Position numbers and translations under genes: made by a program. From assembly GCA_937873175.1 (NCBI GenBank), contig CALMVT010000347.1, positions 2,754-66,753 on the forward strand: DNA of 64,000 nt. The letters run 5' to 3'. Below the pieces are notes generated by a model. The model searched no databases. It had not been told where the DNA came from and saw only the letters and a list, made by a program, of their open reading frames with translations. The stretch comes from an uncultured Acetobacteraceae bacterium (GTDB lineage: Bacteria > Pseudomonadota > Alphaproteobacteria > Acetobacterales > Acetobacteraceae). The number at the start of each line of letters is the position of its first letter. Positions within the stretch are counted from its first letter, which is position 1. Below are positions 31,616 through 42,840 of this stretch, piece by piece.

Positions 31616-32121
31616 CTCCGGAACTGCATCGCCCGGAACTGCACCGTCCGGTCGCGCTGGACCGCATCGGGCCGCGCGGCATGACCGTGGACATCGAAGC
31701 AAAGCCGGATGAGTTGCCGGCAATCGCGGCCCGGTTGCACGTCCTTGCGCTCGAAAGCCTGCATTGCGCGTTCAAGCTGCGCCGGGTCGGGGCGTCCACG
31801 GTGGAGGCAGAGGGCGCGTTGCGCGCCCAAGTCACCGAAACTTGTGTCGTCTCGCTCGATCCGTTTTCCCACGACGTGGCGGAAACGTTCACCGTCCACT
31901 TCGTGCCGCCCGGCGCCGAGGACGACAATCCGGACCCGGAGGCGGTTGACCAAATTCCCTATGCAGGCGCCGCCGCCGACCTTGGGGAAGCAGCGGTGGA
32001 GCAGCTTGCCCTGGCGCTCGACCCGTTTCCGCGCAAGCCCGGCGCCGCGCTGCCGGCGGAGGCATCGGAAGAAACGCCCAACCCGTTTGCCGCGTTGCTT
32101 GCACGCCGGTCCCAGGAGTAA
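31612..32121 (+). CDS. yceD: YceD/DUF177 ribosome-maturation protein
   Basis: Acidic C-terminal half and position immediately upstream of rpmF-plsX-fabH. The GTG at 31612 overlaps the previous stop (GTGA). Confidence 0.8.
   Translation: MTPELHRPELHRPVALDRIGPRGMTVDIEAKPDELPAIAARLHVLALESLHCAFKLRRVGASTVEAEGALRAQVTETCVVSLDPFSHDVAETFTVHFVPPGAEDDNPDPEAVDQIPYAGAAADLGEAAVEQLALALDPFPRKPGAALPAEASEETPNPFAALLARRSQE
31618..31647 (+). repeat. tandem 15-nt duplication (CCGGAACTGCATCGC / CCGGAACTGCACCGT) encoding PELHR-PELHR
   Basis: Read directly from the sequence: two adjacent copies with 2 mismatches, at codons 3-12 of yceD. Confidence 0.9.
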
Positions 32122-32248
32122 GGCCGTCGCTTGCAGCCCGGGTGAGGCTCTGCTAGACCGCGCGGCTCGTCATTCTTGTTATTGATTTTGTTATCCCGGC
32201 GCGTCGCTTTCTTGCCGCGTGCCATTTAGCCCGGAGGGGCGCTGTCCC

Positions 32249-32452
32249 ATGGCTGTTCCCAAGAAGAAGACTTCCCCATCCCGCCGTGGAATGCGCCGCA
32301 GCCATGATGCGCTGCGGGTTGAGTCCCATGCCGAATGTTCCAACTGCGGCGAGCTGAAGCGCCCGCACCATCTGTGCAGCCATTGCGGCCATTATGACGG
32401 CCGCGAGGTCGTGGCCGCCGGCAAGGCGCTTAAAGGGGCCGTTCGCGCCTGA
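32249..32452 (+). CDS. rpmF: 50S ribosomal protein L32
   Basis: N-terminus [19 protein letters not shown] and a zinc-ribbon-like CxxC...CxxC arrangement. Confidence 0.95.
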   Translation: MAVPKKKTSPSRRGMRRSHDALRVESHAECSNCGELKRPHHLCSHCGHYDGREVVAAGKALKGAVRA

Positions 32453-32489
32453 GGGTGCCGGGCGTGCCAACAGGCTGGGGCGCCTAGCG

Positions 32490-33545
32490 ATGATCGTGCC
32501 ATTCAACCTCGCGATTGACGCCATGGGCGGCGATCACGCGCCCGACACGGTGCTGGACGGCATCGCGATTGCCGCCGAGCGTCACCCGGCGGCCCGCTTC
32601 CTGCTGGTGGGCGACGAGGCGAGGCTCGGTCCCTTGGTGGCGACGCGCAAGCGCGTGCAGGCGTCTTGCACGATCCGCCATGCGCCCGAAGCTATTTCCA
32701 GTGAGATGAAACCCACCGCGGCACTTCGGGTGCGTGCGTCCTCCATGCGGATGGCGATCGACGCGGTGGCGGGCGGCGAAGCGTCGGGTGTGGTCTCGGC
32801 CGGCAACACCGGGGCGTTGCTGGCTTTGGCGAAGATTGTGATCAAGGCTCTGCCCGGCATTGACCGCCCGGCCATGGCCGCCATCGGCCCTTCGGCACGG
32901 GGCGACGTGGTGATGCTCGACCTCGGCGCCAACGTGCAATGCGATGTGCGCAACCTGGTCGAGTTCGCGGTCATGGGCGACGTGTTCGCCCGCACCGTGC
33001 TGGGCTTGCCGGCGCCCACCATTGGCCTCCTGAACGTGGGATCTGAGGAATTGAAGGGCGACGACCGCGTGCGCCAGGCGGCCGAGATCCTGCGCAGCAG
33101 CCACATCGCCCCGCAATTCCAAGGTTTTGTTGAGGGCCATGACATCGCCGCCGGGACCACGGACGTGATCGTGACCGACGGCTTCACCGGCAACGTGGCG
33201 CTGAAAACGGGAGAGGGCGCGCTTAAGCTGGTGGGCGACCTGCTGAAGCAGATCTTCCGCAGCAGCCTGGCGGCGCGGCTTGCCTACCTGCTTGCCCGGC
33301 CCGGGCTGGACCGCATGCGGCTGTGGCTTGACCCCCGGCGCTACAACGGCGCGGTCATGCTGGGGCTGAACGGCGTCGTGGTGAAGTCGCATGGCGGCGC
33401 CGACGCGGAAGGGTTTGCCCATGCGCTGGACGTGGCGATGGACATGGTCGTGCACCGCTTCAACGAGCAGATCCGCGACGGCCTGGAACGGATCGAGGCG
33501 ATGAAGCCGGACAAGGGCGGTCCGCAACTCCTGGCGGCCGTTTAA
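32490..33545 (+). CDS. plsX: phosphate acyltransferase PlsX
   Basis: Motifs LAIDAMGGDHAP and TDGFTGNVALK. Confidence 0.95.
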   Translation: MIVPFNLAIDAMGGDHAPDTVLDGIAIAAERHPAARFLLVGDEARLGPLVATRKRVQASCTIRHAPEAISSEMKPTAALRVRASSMRMAIDAVAGGEASGVVSAGNTGALLALAKIVIKALPGIDRPAMAAIGPSARGDVVMLDLGANVQCDVRNLVEFAVMGDVFARTVLGLPAPTIGLLNVGSEELKGDDRVRQAAEILRSSHIAPQFQGFVEGHDIAAGTTDVIVTDGFTGNVALKTGEGALKLVGDLLKQIFRSSLAARLAYLLARPGLDRMRLWLDPRRYNGAVMLGLNGVVVKSHGGADAEGFAHALDVAMDMVVHRFNEQIRDGLERIEAMKPDKGGPQLLAAV

Positions 33546-33550
33546 GCGCG

Positions 33551-34519
33551 ATGGCGCGGCGCAGCGTGATCGCCGGGGTGGGCGGCTACTTGCCGAAGCG
33601 CATCGTTACCAACGATGAGTTGTCCCGCACCATAGCCACCACCGACGAGTGGATTCAGGAACGCACCGGCATCAAGCAGCGCCACATCGCCGGGCCGACG
33701 GAGACCTGCGCGTTCATGGGCGCGCGGGCGGCGGCGGCGGCGCTGGCCCATGCCGGCGCTGGAACGGAGGAAGTGGACGCGGTGATCCTGGCCACGGCGA
33801 CGCCGGACCAGGCGTTTCCCGCCTCCGCGCTCCGGGTGCAGGCGGAGCTTGGCATCACCCGCGGCTTCGGCTTTGACGTGTCAGCGGCGTGCAGCGGATT
33901 TATTTACGCGCTGGCGATGGCCGACGCGGTGGTGCGTACCGGGCAGGCCACGGGCGTGCTGGTGATCGGCAGCGAGGTGTATTCCCGCATCATGAACTGG
34001 GCGGACCGCGGCACCTGCGTCTTGTTCGGCGACGGCGCCGGGGCGGCCTTCGTGCGGCCCGGCACGGACCGGGACGGGGCGCGCGGCATCCTGTCCACCC
34101 ACCTGCACGCGCAGGGCACGCTGGGCGACCTGCTGTATGTCGATGGCGCGGTCGGGCGCCCGGACCGGTCGGGCCAGTTGGTGATGAACGGGCGCGAGGT
34201 GTTCCGCCACGCGGTCGCCAAGCTCGCCGCCGTGGTGGACGAGGCGTTGGCGGCGAACGGCCTGGGCCACGCGGATATCGACTGGCTGGTGCCGCACCAG
34301 GCGAACCGCCGCATCATCGACGCGATGGGCCGCAAGCTCGATCTGCCGTCCGAGCAGGTGGTGGTCACGGTGGACCGCCACGCCAACACCTCGGCCGCGT
34401 CGGTTCCCTTGGCGCTGGCTGAGGCGTGCGGCGATGGGCGGATTAAGCGGGGCGACCTGGTGGTCATGGAAGCGTTGGGCGGCGGCATGACCTGGGGGTC
34501 AGCCCTCGTCCGCTTTTGA
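33551..34519 (+). CDS. fabH: beta-ketoacyl-ACP synthase III
   Basis: Active-site Cys in DVSAACSGFIYAL, plus the HQANRRI and GGGMTWG motifs. Confidence 0.96.
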   Translation: MARRSVIAGVGGYLPKRIVTNDELSRTIATTDEWIQERTGIKQRHIAGPTETCAFMGARAAAAALAHAGAGTEEVDAVILATATPDQAFPASALRVQAELGITRGFGFDVSAACSGFIYALAMADAVVRTGQATGVLVIGSEVYSRIMNWADRGTCVLFGDGAGAAFVRPGTDRDGARGILSTHLHAQGTLGDLLYVDGAVGRPDRSGQLVMNGREVFRHAVAKLAAVVDEALAANGLGHADIDWLVPHQANRRIIDAMGRKLDLPSEQVVVTVDRHANTSAASVPLALAEACGDGRIKRGDLVVMEALGGGMTWGSALVRF

Positions 34520-34570
34520 GGCTTGGGCGCAACAGCCCGGACAAAAATTGTTTAAGGTCAGCATGTTCGC

Positions 34571-34599
34571 TTGACGCTTGCGCAGGCGATTCATAGCCT
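34571..34599 (+). promoter_or_regulatory. candidate sigma-70-type promoter for ihfA (TTGACG-17 nt-TAGCCT)
   Basis: The hexamers and spacing were read by eye. The -10 element ends 6 nt before the ihfA ATG and there is no SD. This is tentative. Confidence 0.25.
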
Positions 34600-34605
34600 G
34601 CCGCA

Positions 34606-34917
34606 ATGAACACGGTGACGCGAGCGCAGTTGGCCGAAACGATCTACGCGCAGGTCGGGTTGTCGCGCAACGACTCGGCCGACCTGCTTGAAACCGTGTT
34701 GGAACGGATGTCGCGGGCGTTGGAGGCCGGCGACTCCGTAAAGATCAGCGGGTTCGGGACTTTCTCTGTCCGGCAGAAGGGCCGTCGGATCGGCCGCAAC
34801 CCGAAGACCGGGGTTGAGGTGCCGATCCTGCCGCGCCGCGTTTTGACGTTCCGGCCCAGCCAGGTGCTCAAGGCGCACGTGAATGGCGTCGCCATCCCGG
34901 CGAGCGACGACGTATGA
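34606..34917 (+). CDS. ihfA: integration host factor subunit alpha
   Basis: 103 aa reading [25 protein letters not shown] (HU/IHF arm). Confidence 0.95.
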   Translation: MNTVTRAQLAETIYAQVGLSRNDSADLLETVLERMSRALEAGDSVKISGFGTFSVRQKGRRIGRNPKTGVEVPILPRRVLTFRPSQVLKAHVNGVAIPASDDV

Positions 34918-35459
34918 GCGGCCCTGACGACCTGCCGCCGGTTGAAGGGGTGGCGGACGTAGCCGCCCTGGCCGTCCCGGGCGAGGCAGGCACAAGTGAG
35001 CCGGGCACGGACGACAGCCGACCGCGGGCCAAGAAGGCACCCAACGCATTCCGCACGATCAGCGAAGTGGCCGACGAGCTTCACATCCCGCAGCACGTCC
35101 TCCGGTTCTGGGAAACCAAGTTCCCGCAAATCAAGCCGCTCAAGCGTGGCGGCGGCCGGCGCTACTATCGTCCCGATGATATCCTGCTGCTGCGCCGCAT
35201 CTCCGATTTGCTGTATATCCAGGGCTACACGATCAAGGGCGTGCAGCGCCTGTTAAGGGAAGGTGGGGGCCAATTGTCAGACAACATTCCACCGGCGACC
35301 GCTGCCGAGCGCGCCGCCGCCGAGGCCGAACGGACCGGCGTTGCGCCGGAGCCGCCCGAACCTGCCCCCCACCCGGACACGGACGAGGTCGCCCGGCTTC
35401 GCGCGCTGCTGCGGCACAGCCTTGACGAGTTGACCGCGCTCCGGGCCATGCTGGATTGA
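34914..35459 (+). CDS. MerR-family transcriptional regulator (the conserved partner downstream of ihfA)
   Basis: HTH segment [25 protein letters not shown]...RGGGRRYY. The start overlaps the ihfA stop (ATGA). Confidence 0.85.
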   Translation: MSGPDDLPPVEGVADVAALAVPGEAGTSEPGTDDSRPRAKKAPNAFRTISEVADELHIPQHVLRFWETKFPQIKPLKRGGGRRYYRPDDILLLRRISDLLYIQGYTIKGVQRLLREGGGQLSDNIPPATAAERAAAEAERTGVAPEPPEPAPHPDTDEVARLRALLRHSLDELTALRAMLD

Positions 35460-35531
35460 GGTCAGGCTCCCGAGTTCGGTTGCGCCATGCCGTTGCGGCC
35501 CGCGCGGCACCCTGCTAAACGGAAGGCATGT

Positions 35532-35608
35532 CGGAGCGTAGCGCAGCCTGGTAGCGCATCAGTCTGGGGGACTGGGGGTCGTGGGTTCGAATCCCGCCGC
35601 TCCGACCA
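35532..35608 (+). tRNA. tRNA-Pro (anticodon GGG), CCA encoded
   Basis: The cloverleaf was folded by eye: acceptor CGGAGCG/CGCTCCG, anticodon loop CUGGGGG with G37, and T-arm GTGGGTTCGAATCCCGC. Confidence 0.92.
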
Positions 35609-35634
35609 CGTCGCCCTTTGACATAATCGAAGCA

Positions 35635-36780
35635 TCAGGCCGGAAGCAGCACCGTCGCCACCACCTGCGCCGCGATGCCTTCGCCCCGTCCGGCGAATCC
35701 TAGCCGTTCGGTTGTTGTCGCCTTCACGGAAATAAGGCCGGGTCCGACGCCGAGCAACTCAGACAATCGGGCCTGCATGGCCGCGGCATGCGGCGTGATT
35801 TTGGGCTTCTCGCAGATCAGCGTCACGTCGGCGTTGGCCAGCCGCCCACCACGCGCAACAATCCGCCCGGCGGCGTGCGCCAGGAAATGGGCACTGTCGG
35901 CATCCTTCCAGGTCGCCTCGCTCGGCGGGAAATGGCGGCCGATGTCGCCCTCCGCCAATGCGCCGTAGATCGCGTCGCACAGCGCGTGGATGCCGACATC
36001 CGCGTCGGAGTGCCCGGCCAGCCCCAGCGCGTGCGGCACCACGACACCGCACAGCACCAAGGCGCGGTCCGGCGCGAGCGCGTGCACGTCAAAACCAATG
36101 CCAACCCGCGGCAGCATCGCCGGCGCCAAAGCCCGTTCGAGCCGCATCAGGTCCTCCGGATAGGTCAGCTTGATGTTGTCCTCGGCGCCGGGCACCAGGT
36201 CCACGGCAAGGCCCGCATCTTCCAGCAGCGCGGCGTCATCCGTCAGGCCGGTTGCGCCACTCTGCCGGTGCAGGCGAAGCAGGGTGGGGTAGTGGAAGGC
36301 CTGCGGGGTTTGCGCACGGAACAGGCCGGCCCGCTCCACGGTGGCCTCGATCCGGCCGCCTGCAGCGCGTTTCAGCGTATCGGCAACGGGCAAGGCCGGG
36401 ATCGCGCCCGGCACGCGGGCCAGCGCGGCGAGCAGGGCCGGGACCACGTGCCCGGGGACGCAAGGGCGCGCGGCGTCGTGGACCAAGACGACGTCCGGCG
36501 CAAGCGGCGCTAGAGCTTCAAGCCCGGCGCGCACGCTGTCCTGCCGGGCGCCGCCGCCCGGCACTGCCGGCAGACAGCCGAGGCCGGCCAGCGCCGGGCC
36601 GAGCAGCGCCGGGTCCCCCACCGGCTGCAGGTGCGCCACATGGGGCAGCAGGCATTCCGCCGCCCAACGCACGACGGGCTTGCCTGCGACGTTGGCAAAT
36701 TGCTTTGGCTGTCCAGCCCCGAACCGGGTGCCGGAACCGGCGGCGACGAGGATGGCGGCGGCGCGCATGCCGCGATGCAA
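35635..36780 (-). CDS. ispDF: bifunctional MEP cytidylyltransferase / MEcPP synthase
   Basis: IspD N-terminus [12 protein letters not shown] fused to IspF (GIGFDVHAL...GHSDADV). Confidence 0.95.
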   Translation of the reverse strand: MHRGMRAAAILVAAGSGTRFGAGQPKQFANVAGKPVVRWAAECLLPHVAHLQPVGDPALLGPALAGLGCLPAVPGGGARQDSVRAGLEALAPLAPDVVLVHDAARPCVPGHVVPALLAALARVPGAIPALPVADTLKRAAGGRIEATVERAGLFRAQTPQAFHYPTLLRLHRQSGATGLTDDAALLEDAGLAVDLVPGAEDNIKLTYPEDLMRLERALAPAMLPRVGIGFDVHALAPDRALVLCGVVVPHALGLAGHSDADVGIHALCDAIYGALAEGDIGRHFPPSEATWKDADSAHFLAHAAGRIVARGGRLANADVTLICEKPKITPHAAAMQARLSELLGVGPGLISVKATTTERLGFAGRGEGIAAQVVATVLLPA

Positions 36781-36896
36781 TGCCGGCCGCTCGTCACGGC
36801 GTCAACCCGGGTAGCCGGCGCAAACGGCTTGCTTTGCCCGATCTGCTGCGGTCAGCGATTGCGTCGGGCGCGGCCCGGCATTAGTTTGCCCAAATC

Positions 36897-37952
36897 ATGG
36901 GCAACCCAAATACCACAGGCCTGATCGGCCCCATCACCCTGGGATCGGGGCGCTACGCCGTAACGCTTGATCGTCCGGTCATCCTGGCGCCGATGTCGGG
37001 AGTCACGGACCTGCCGTTCCGACGCCTAGCAAAGCGGCAGGGTGCCGGCCTCGTCGTGTCCGAGATGATTGCGTCCTGGGCCATGGTACGGGAAAACCGG
37101 GTCACCCTGCGCATGGCGGAGGTCGATGGCTGCGGCGGTCCCAGCGCGGTCCAGCTCGCCGGCTGCGACCCGGCGGCCATGGCGGAGGCGGCGCGCATCG
37201 CCGTCGGGCACGGCGCCGACCTGATCGACATCAACTTCGGTTGCCCAGTGAAAAAGGTCGCGGTCGGCCAGGCGGCTGGGTCCGCCCTGATGCGCGACGA
37301 GGCCGCCGCCGCCCGCATCCTGGAAGCGACGGTGCGGGCCGTGCCGGTGCCGGTCACGCTCAAGATGCGCATGGGCTGGGACCACGCCAGCCTCAACGCG
37401 CCCAGCCTGGCCCGCGTCGCCGAGGCGTCCGGCATCCAGATGGTTACGGTGCACGGGCGCACCCGGCAGCAATTCTACACGGGAACGGCCGATTGGCGCT
37501 TCGTGGCACAGGTCAAGCAGGCGGTGCGCTTGCCCGTGATCGTCAACGGCGACATCCTGACGGAGGACGACGCGGCGGAGGCGCTGCGCCAGTCCGGCGC
37601 GGATGGCGTCATGATCGGCCGGGGCTGCTACGGCCGGCCCTGGTTCCCGGCGCTCGCCGCACGGTTTCTCCTGACCGGCGAGCGCCAGGCCGAGCCGACT
37701 TTGGCCCAGCAGAAGGCCACCATGCTGGAGCATTACGACGCCATGCTGCGGCATTTCGGCGAGGATGCGGGCGTGCGGGTCGCCCGCAAGCACCTGTCCT
37801 GGTACTCGCGCGGCCTGTTCGGATCGACCGAGTTCCGCGCGGCGGTCAACAAGCTGTTGAGCCGGGCGGCCGTCGAGGCGCTGATCGACGCATTCTTCGA
37901 CCCGCTGATCGACCGCAACGCCCCGCGCGCGCCGGAGGCGCTTGCCGCATGA
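36897..37952 (+). CDS. dusB: tRNA-dihydrouridine synthase B (NifR3 family)
   Basis: Motifs [12 protein letters not shown] and [11 protein letters not shown]. It is followed by ntrBC, as in other alphaproteobacteria. Confidence 0.93.
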   Translation: MGNPNTTGLIGPITLGSGRYAVTLDRPVILAPMSGVTDLPFRRLAKRQGAGLVVSEMIASWAMVRENRVTLRMAEVDGCGGPSAVQLAGCDPAAMAEAARIAVGHGADLIDINFGCPVKKVAVGQAAGSALMRDEAAAARILEATVRAVPVPVTLKMRMGWDHASLNAPSLARVAEASGIQMVTVHGRTRQQFYTGTADWRFVAQVKQAVRLPVIVNGDILTEDDAAEALRQSGADGVMIGRGCYGRPWFPALAARFLLTGERQAEPTLAQQKATMLEHYDAMLRHFGEDAGVRVARKHLSWYSRGLFGSTEFRAAVNKLLSRAAVEALIDAFFDPLIDRNAPRAPEALAA

Positions 37953-39142
37953 AGGCCGTATTGATCCGGGACCGCCCGGCTCCCGTGGAGCGCCCAGACT
38001 CCATGAAGCAGTTGCCGCCGCAGCCCCCGTCAGCCCCGTCCGGCGAGATCGACGCGCAGGCGATGCTCAGCGCGTTGCCCGTCCCCGTCGTGTTGCTCGA
38101 CGCGGCGAACCGCTTCCGCTTCGCCAATCATGCCGCCGAGCAATTCCTCGGCGTGTCCTTGATGCAGTTGCGCCATATGACGCTGGCTTCGCTGCTGCCG
38201 GAGGACAACCCGCTGTTCGCGCTGCTGACGCAGGTGCGTCAGCAAGGCTCCACGATCTTCGACCACGACCTGACGCTTGAAGGCCCGCGGCTCTACAAGC
38301 GCGGCACCGCGGTGCAGGCGACGGCGCTGCTGGAGGAGCCGGGTTGCGTGCTGCTGACCTTCCAGGACAGCTCCGCCGCCCGGGCGCTGGACCGCCAAAT
38401 CCAGTTCCGCGGGGCGGCGCGCAGCGTCACCGGTATGTCGGCGGTGCTGGCGCACGAGGTCAAGAACCCGCTGTCCGGCATACGCGGCGCGGCGCAACTG
38501 CTGGAAGGCAGCGTGACCGACGGCGACCGCGAGCTGACGGTGCTGATCCGAGACGAGGCGGACCGCATACGGGACCTCGTGGACCGCATGGAGATTTTCG
38601 GCGAGAAGCCGATCGAGCGCCGCGCCGTGAACATCCACCGCGTGCTGGAGCATGTGCGGCGCCTCGCCGGCTCCGGGTTCGCGGCGCACGTGCGGCTGAC
38701 GGAGGTGTATGACCCGTCGCTGCCGCCGACCTGGGCCAACCGGGACCAGCTCGTGCAGGTCATGCTCAACCTCGTGAAGAACGCGGCGGAGGCGATTGCC
38801 AGCGACCCGGCGCTTATCGAGCGCGGGGCCGGGGAGATCGTGCTGACCACGGCCTACCAGCACGGGATGCGGCTTGCCGTTGCGGGCAGCGACCACCGGC
38901 TGTTGTTGCCGCTCGTGGTGACGGTGCGCGACAACGGGCCGGGCATCCCGGAGGACATCCGCTCCCACCTGTTCGAGGCGTTCGTGACCAGCAAGCCCTC
39001 CGGCAGCGGCCTGGGCCTCGCCTTGGTTGCGAAGATCGTCGGCGACCATGGCGGCCTGATCGAGGTGGATAGCCGTCCCGGCCGGACGGAGTTCCGCCTG
39101 TTCCTGCCGGTGATCATCGAGGCCGAGGCGGACGCACCCTGA
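37949..39142 (+). CDS. ntrB: nitrogen-regulation sensor histidine kinase NtrB
   Basis: PAS region, H-box [14 protein letters not shown], and G-boxes DNGPGI and GSGLGLA. The ATG at 37949 overlaps the dusB stop (ATGA). An ATG at 38003 is an alternative start. Confidence 0.9.
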   Translation: MKAVLIRDRPAPVERPDSMKQLPPQPPSAPSGEIDAQAMLSALPVPVVLLDAANRFRFANHAAEQFLGVSLMQLRHMTLASLLPEDNPLFALLTQVRQQGSTIFDHDLTLEGPRLYKRGTAVQATALLEEPGCVLLTFQDSSAARALDRQIQFRGAARSVTGMSAVLAHEVKNPLSGIRGAAQLLEGSVTDGDRELTVLIRDEADRIRDLVDRMEIFGEKPIERRAVNIHRVLEHVRRLAGSGFAAHVRLTEVYDPSLPPTWANRDQLVQVMLNLVKNAAEAIASDPALIERGAGEIVLTTAYQHGMRLAVAGSDHRLLLPLVVTVRDNGPGIPEDIRSHLFEAFVTSKPSGSGLGLALVAKIVGDHGGLIEVDSRPGRTEFRLFLPVIIEAEADAP

Positions 39143-39152
39143 AAGATCCGAG

Positions 39153-40604
39153 ATGACGCCTCCCACCGTTCTCGTGGCCGATGACGATCGGTCGATCCGC
39201 ACGGTCCTGACCCAGGCGCTGGGCCGGTCCGGCTACCAGGTGCGCTGCACCGGCAACGCCGCCACGCTTTGGCGCTGGGTGGAGGACGGCGAAGGCGACT
39301 TGGTCATCACTGATGTGGTGATGCCGGACGAGAACGGCCTCGACCTGATCCCGCGCATCAAGCGGGTCCGGCCGGACTTGCGCATCATCGTCATGAGCGC
39401 GCAGTCCACCCTGATGACCGCGGTGAAGGCGGCGCAGCGCGGTGCCTTCGAGTACTTGCCCAAACCTTTTGATCTTAAGGAACTGCTGGCCGTGGTCGGG
39501 CGGGCGCTGCAAGCCCCGGCGCCGGTCGCGGACACGCCGCCGGGCGAAGCGCACGATGCGGAGGAACGCCTGCCGCTGATCGGCCGCAGCGTCGCGATGC
39601 AGGAAATCTACCGCAGCATCGCCCGGCTCACCACGACCGACCTGACCGTCATGGTGAACGGGGAAAGCGGCACGGGCAAGGAACTGGTAGCGCGGGCGCT
39701 GCACGACTACGGCCGCCGCCGCACCGGGCCGTTCGTCGCCATCAACATGGCCGCCATCCCGCGCGAGCTGATCGAAAGCGAGCTGTTCGGGCATGAGCGC
39801 GGCGCGTTCACCGGGGCGCTGAACCGCAGCCAGGGCCGCTTCGAGCAGGCCGCCGGCGGCACGCTGTTCCTGGACGAGATCGGCGACATGCCGGCGGAAG
39901 CGCAGACCCGGCTGCTGCGGGTGCTGCAGGAAGGTGAGTTCACCACGGTCGGCGGGCGGCAGCCGATCCGCGCCAACGTCCGCATCGTGGCCGCGACCCA
40001 CCGCGACCTGCGCCAGGCGATCCGCGCCGGGCAGTTCCGCGAGGACCTGTTCTACCGCCTGAACGTCGTGCCGATCCGCCTGCCGCCGTTGCGCGAACGG
40101 CTGGAGGACATCCCCGTGCTGGCCCGGCACTTCCTGGAAAAGGCGCGTGATAGCGGCCTGCCCCCGAAGTCGCTCGACCAGTCCGCCATCGAGCGCCTCC
40201 GCCAGCACCGCTGGCCCGGCAACGTGCGCGAGCTGGAAAACCTCATGCGGCGCCTCGCCGCGCTTTACGCCCAGGAGATGATCACCGACGAGGTGATCGG
40301 CGCCGAGCTGCTGGAAAGCGGCATCGACGCCGAGCCGGTGCACGGCGCCGGCAGCCCCGAACCGCTGGCGCTCGCGGTGGAGCGGCACATCCGGCAGTTC
40401 CTGGCCGCGAGCCGGGACGGGATGCCGATGCGCGACATCTACGACCAGGTGATCGCCGAGGTGGAGCGCCCGCTGATCCAGATGACGCTGTCGGCGACGC
40501 GCGGCAACCAGATCAAGGCGGCCTCCATGCTCGGCCTCAACCGCAACACGCTGCGCAAGAAGATCCGCGACCTGGACATCCCGGTCGTGCGCGGGATCGG
40601 CTGA
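39153..40604 (+). CDS. ntrC: nitrogen-regulation response regulator NtrC (sigma-54 activator)
   Basis: REC domain, AAA+ domain with GESGTGKE and an intact GAFTGA loop, and a Fis-type HTH. Confidence 0.95.
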   Translation: MTPPTVLVADDDRSIRTVLTQALGRSGYQVRCTGNAATLWRWVEDGEGDLVITDVVMPDENGLDLIPRIKRVRPDLRIIVMSAQSTLMTAVKAAQRGAFEYLPKPFDLKELLAVVGRALQAPAPVADTPPGEAHDAEERLPLIGRSVAMQEIYRSIARLTTTDLTVMVNGESGTGKELVARALHDYGRRRTGPFVAINMAAIPRELIESELFGHERGAFTGALNRSQGRFEQAAGGTLFLDEIGDMPAEAQTRLLRVLQEGEFTTVGGRQPIRANVRIVAATHRDLRQAIRAGQFREDLFYRLNVVPIRLPPLRERLEDIPVLARHFLEKARDSGLPPKSLDQSAIERLRQHRWPGNVRELENLMRRLAALYAQEMITDEVIGAELLESGIDAEPVHGAGSPEPLALAVERHIRQFLAASRDGMPMRDIYDQVIAEVERPLIQMTLSATRGNQIKAASMLGLNRNTLRKKIRDLDIPVVRGIG

Positions 40605-40606
40605 GG

Positions 40607-42838
40607 GTGAACGCGTCCAGCAAGCGCTCGACGCTCCGGGCGGCAGCGGCGCCGCGCCGCTCGCTGCCGCGGCGGGTGGCGGACGCGCTGCTGGGGAAGA
40701 TTGTCACGCTGCTGCTGGCGGCGTTCGCGCTGGCGCTGGGCATCTCGACGTTTGCCATGCTGTCCGGCGGCGTGCCGCTCACGCCCAACCTGATGTTCGC
40801 GCTGGTCCTGGCGAACCTCGTAGTGCTGCTGCTGCTGGGTGCGGTGCTGGCCGGGCGGATCACCCGCATCTGGGTGGAGCAGCGCCGCGGCTCCGCCGGC
40901 TCCCGCCTGCATGTCCGGCTGGTGCTGCTGTTCAGCGTCGTGGCCGTGACGCCTGCCATCGTCGTCGCCGTGTTCGCGACCGCGTTCTTCAACCTGGGCA
41001 TCCAGTCCTGGTTCAATGACTCGGTCCGCATCGCGCTGAACGAGGGCTTGGAAGCGTCGCGCGGCTACCTGGATGAGCACCGCAACAATATCCGGGCCGA
41101 CGCGCTCGGCATGGCCAACGATATCGCGCGCGATGGGCAGTTCGTGGCGAGCGGCCCCTACGCCCTCGGCCAGATCCTGCAAACTCAGACCGTGCTGCGC
41201 GGCTTGAGCGAGGCCATCATCTACGAGCCGATCACCGGCTCGGTGTTCGCGGGCGTCGGCCCGATGTCGGGCATCGGCGTGGAGCCGGCCCCCTCGGAAG
41301 CGACGGAGCAGGCCAAGAACGGCGAGGTCGCGGTGCTGGGATCGCCCGACGACAACCAGGTGCGGGCCGTGGTCCAGCTCAACACGAAGCCGAGTTCGAT
41401 GCTGCTGATCGGCCGCCCGGTCGATCCGCAGATCCTTGGCCACATGGCGCGGACCGAGCGCGCGGTCGCCGAGTACAAGCAACTCGACGAGAACCGGTCC
41501 GGGCTGCAAGTCACCTTCGCGCTGATCTTCGCGCTGGTCGCGTTGCTGGTGCTGTGCGCCGCCATATTGATCGGGCTGGTGCTTGCCAACCAGATCGCGC
41601 GGCCGGTCGCGCGGCTGATCCTGGCGGCCGAGCGGGTCAGGGCGGGCGACCTTTCGGTGCGGGTGCCGGAAATCCAGAGCGAGGACGACGTGGCCGGGCT
41701 GTCCCGCGCGTTCAACCGCATGACGGGCCAGCTTGCGTCGCAGCGGACGGAGCTGATGGACGCCTATAGCCAGATCGACGAGCGCCGCCGGTTCACCGAA
41801 ACGGTGCTGGCGGGCGTGTCCGCCGGCGTGATCGGGCTGGACGCCTCAGCCAACGTCGAGCTGCCGAACCGGGCGGCGAGCGAACTGCTCGGCATGGACC
41901 TGCTGGCGGCGATCGGCCTGCCGCTGGGTCATGTGGTGCCGGAATTCGCGCCGCTCCTGGACCAGACGACCGCCCAGCCGGAGCGGGCGCGGACCGCCGA
42001 GGTGCAGATCGGCCCGCCGTCGCGACGCCGCACGCTCTTGGTGCGGATCGGCGCCGACCTGCATGGCGGGCGGCCGGACGGCTACGTCGTGACGTTTGAC
42101 GACATCACCGAGCTGCAATCGGCGCAGCGCAAGGCCGCCTGGGCGGATGTCGCCCGGCGGATCGCGCACGAGATCAAGAACCCGCTGACCCCGATCCAGC
42201 TTTCGGCGGAGCGGCTGAAGCGACGCTTCACCAAGGAGATCACGTCGGACCCTGAAACGTTCTCGCAATGCGCCGACACCATCGTGCGCCACGTCGGCGA
42301 CATCGGCCGCATGGTGGACGAGTTCTCGGCCTTTGCCCGCATGCCGCAGCCGGTGCTGCGGCCGGAGGACGCCGGGCGCATCGCGCGGGAAACGCTGGTG
42401 CTGCAGCGCAGCGCCCGGCCGGAGATCGTGTGGTCCACCGACATCCCGGAGCGCGGTCCCGTGGCGCTGTGCGACCGCCGGCTGGTCGGCCAGGCGCTGA
42501 CCAACCTGCTGCAGAACGCGGCCGACGCCGTCGCCATGCGCCCGCGTGGGTCTGGCGAGCCGGCTGGGCACATCAGCCTGTCGGTCCGCGCGGATGCCGG
42601 CACCGTGGCGATGGAGGTGCGCGACGACGGGGTGGGATTCCCGGACGGAGACCGCGATCGGCTCACCGAGCCGTATGTCACGCATAAGCCAAAGGGCACT
42701 GGGCTGGGCCTGGCAATCGTGAAGAAGATCATGGAGGACCATGGCGGCAGCCTCGCGCTGGATGATTGCACCGACGGGCCTGGTGCGGTCGCCACGCTGT
42801 CCTTGCCGCTCTTGGTGGCCGAACCGGTGAAGGCTTAG
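40607..42838 (+). CDS. ntrY: sensor histidine kinase NtrY
   Basis: 743 aa with multiple N-terminal TM segments, HAMP and PAS domains, and H-box IAHEIKNPLTPI. Confidence 0.92.
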   Translation: MNASSKRSTLRAAAAPRRSLPRRVADALLGKIVTLLLAAFALALGISTFAMLSGGVPLTPNLMFALVLANLVVLLLLGAVLAGRITRIWVEQRRGSAGSRLHVRLVLLFSVVAVTPAIVVAVFATAFFNLGIQSWFNDSVRIALNEGLEASRGYLDEHRNNIRADALGMANDIARDGQFVASGPYALGQILQTQTVLRGLSEAIIYEPITGSVFAGVGPMSGIGVEPAPSEATEQAKNGEVAVLGSPDDNQVRAVVQLNTKPSSMLLIGRPVDPQILGHMARTERAVAEYKQLDENRSGLQVTFALIFALVALLVLCAAILIGLVLANQIARPVARLILAAERVRAGDLSVRVPEIQSEDDVAGLSRAFNRMTGQLASQRTELMDAYSQIDERRRFTETVLAGVSAGVIGLDASANVELPNRAASELLGMDLLAAIGLPLGHVVPEFAPLLDQTTAQPERARTAEVQIGPPSRRRTLLVRIGADLHGGRPDGYVVTFDDITELQSAQRKAAWADVARRIAHEIKNPLTPIQLSAERLKRRFTKEITSDPETFSQCADTIVRHVGDIGRMVDEFSAFARMPQPVLRPEDAGRIARETLVLQRSARPEIVWSTDIPERGPVALCDRRLVGQALTNLLQNAADAVAMRPRGSGEPAGHISLSVRADAGTVAMEVRDDGVGFPDGDRDRLTEPYVTHKPKGTGLGLAIVKKIMEDHGGSLALDDCTDGPGAVATLSLPLLVAEPVKA

Positions 42839-42840
42839 CA

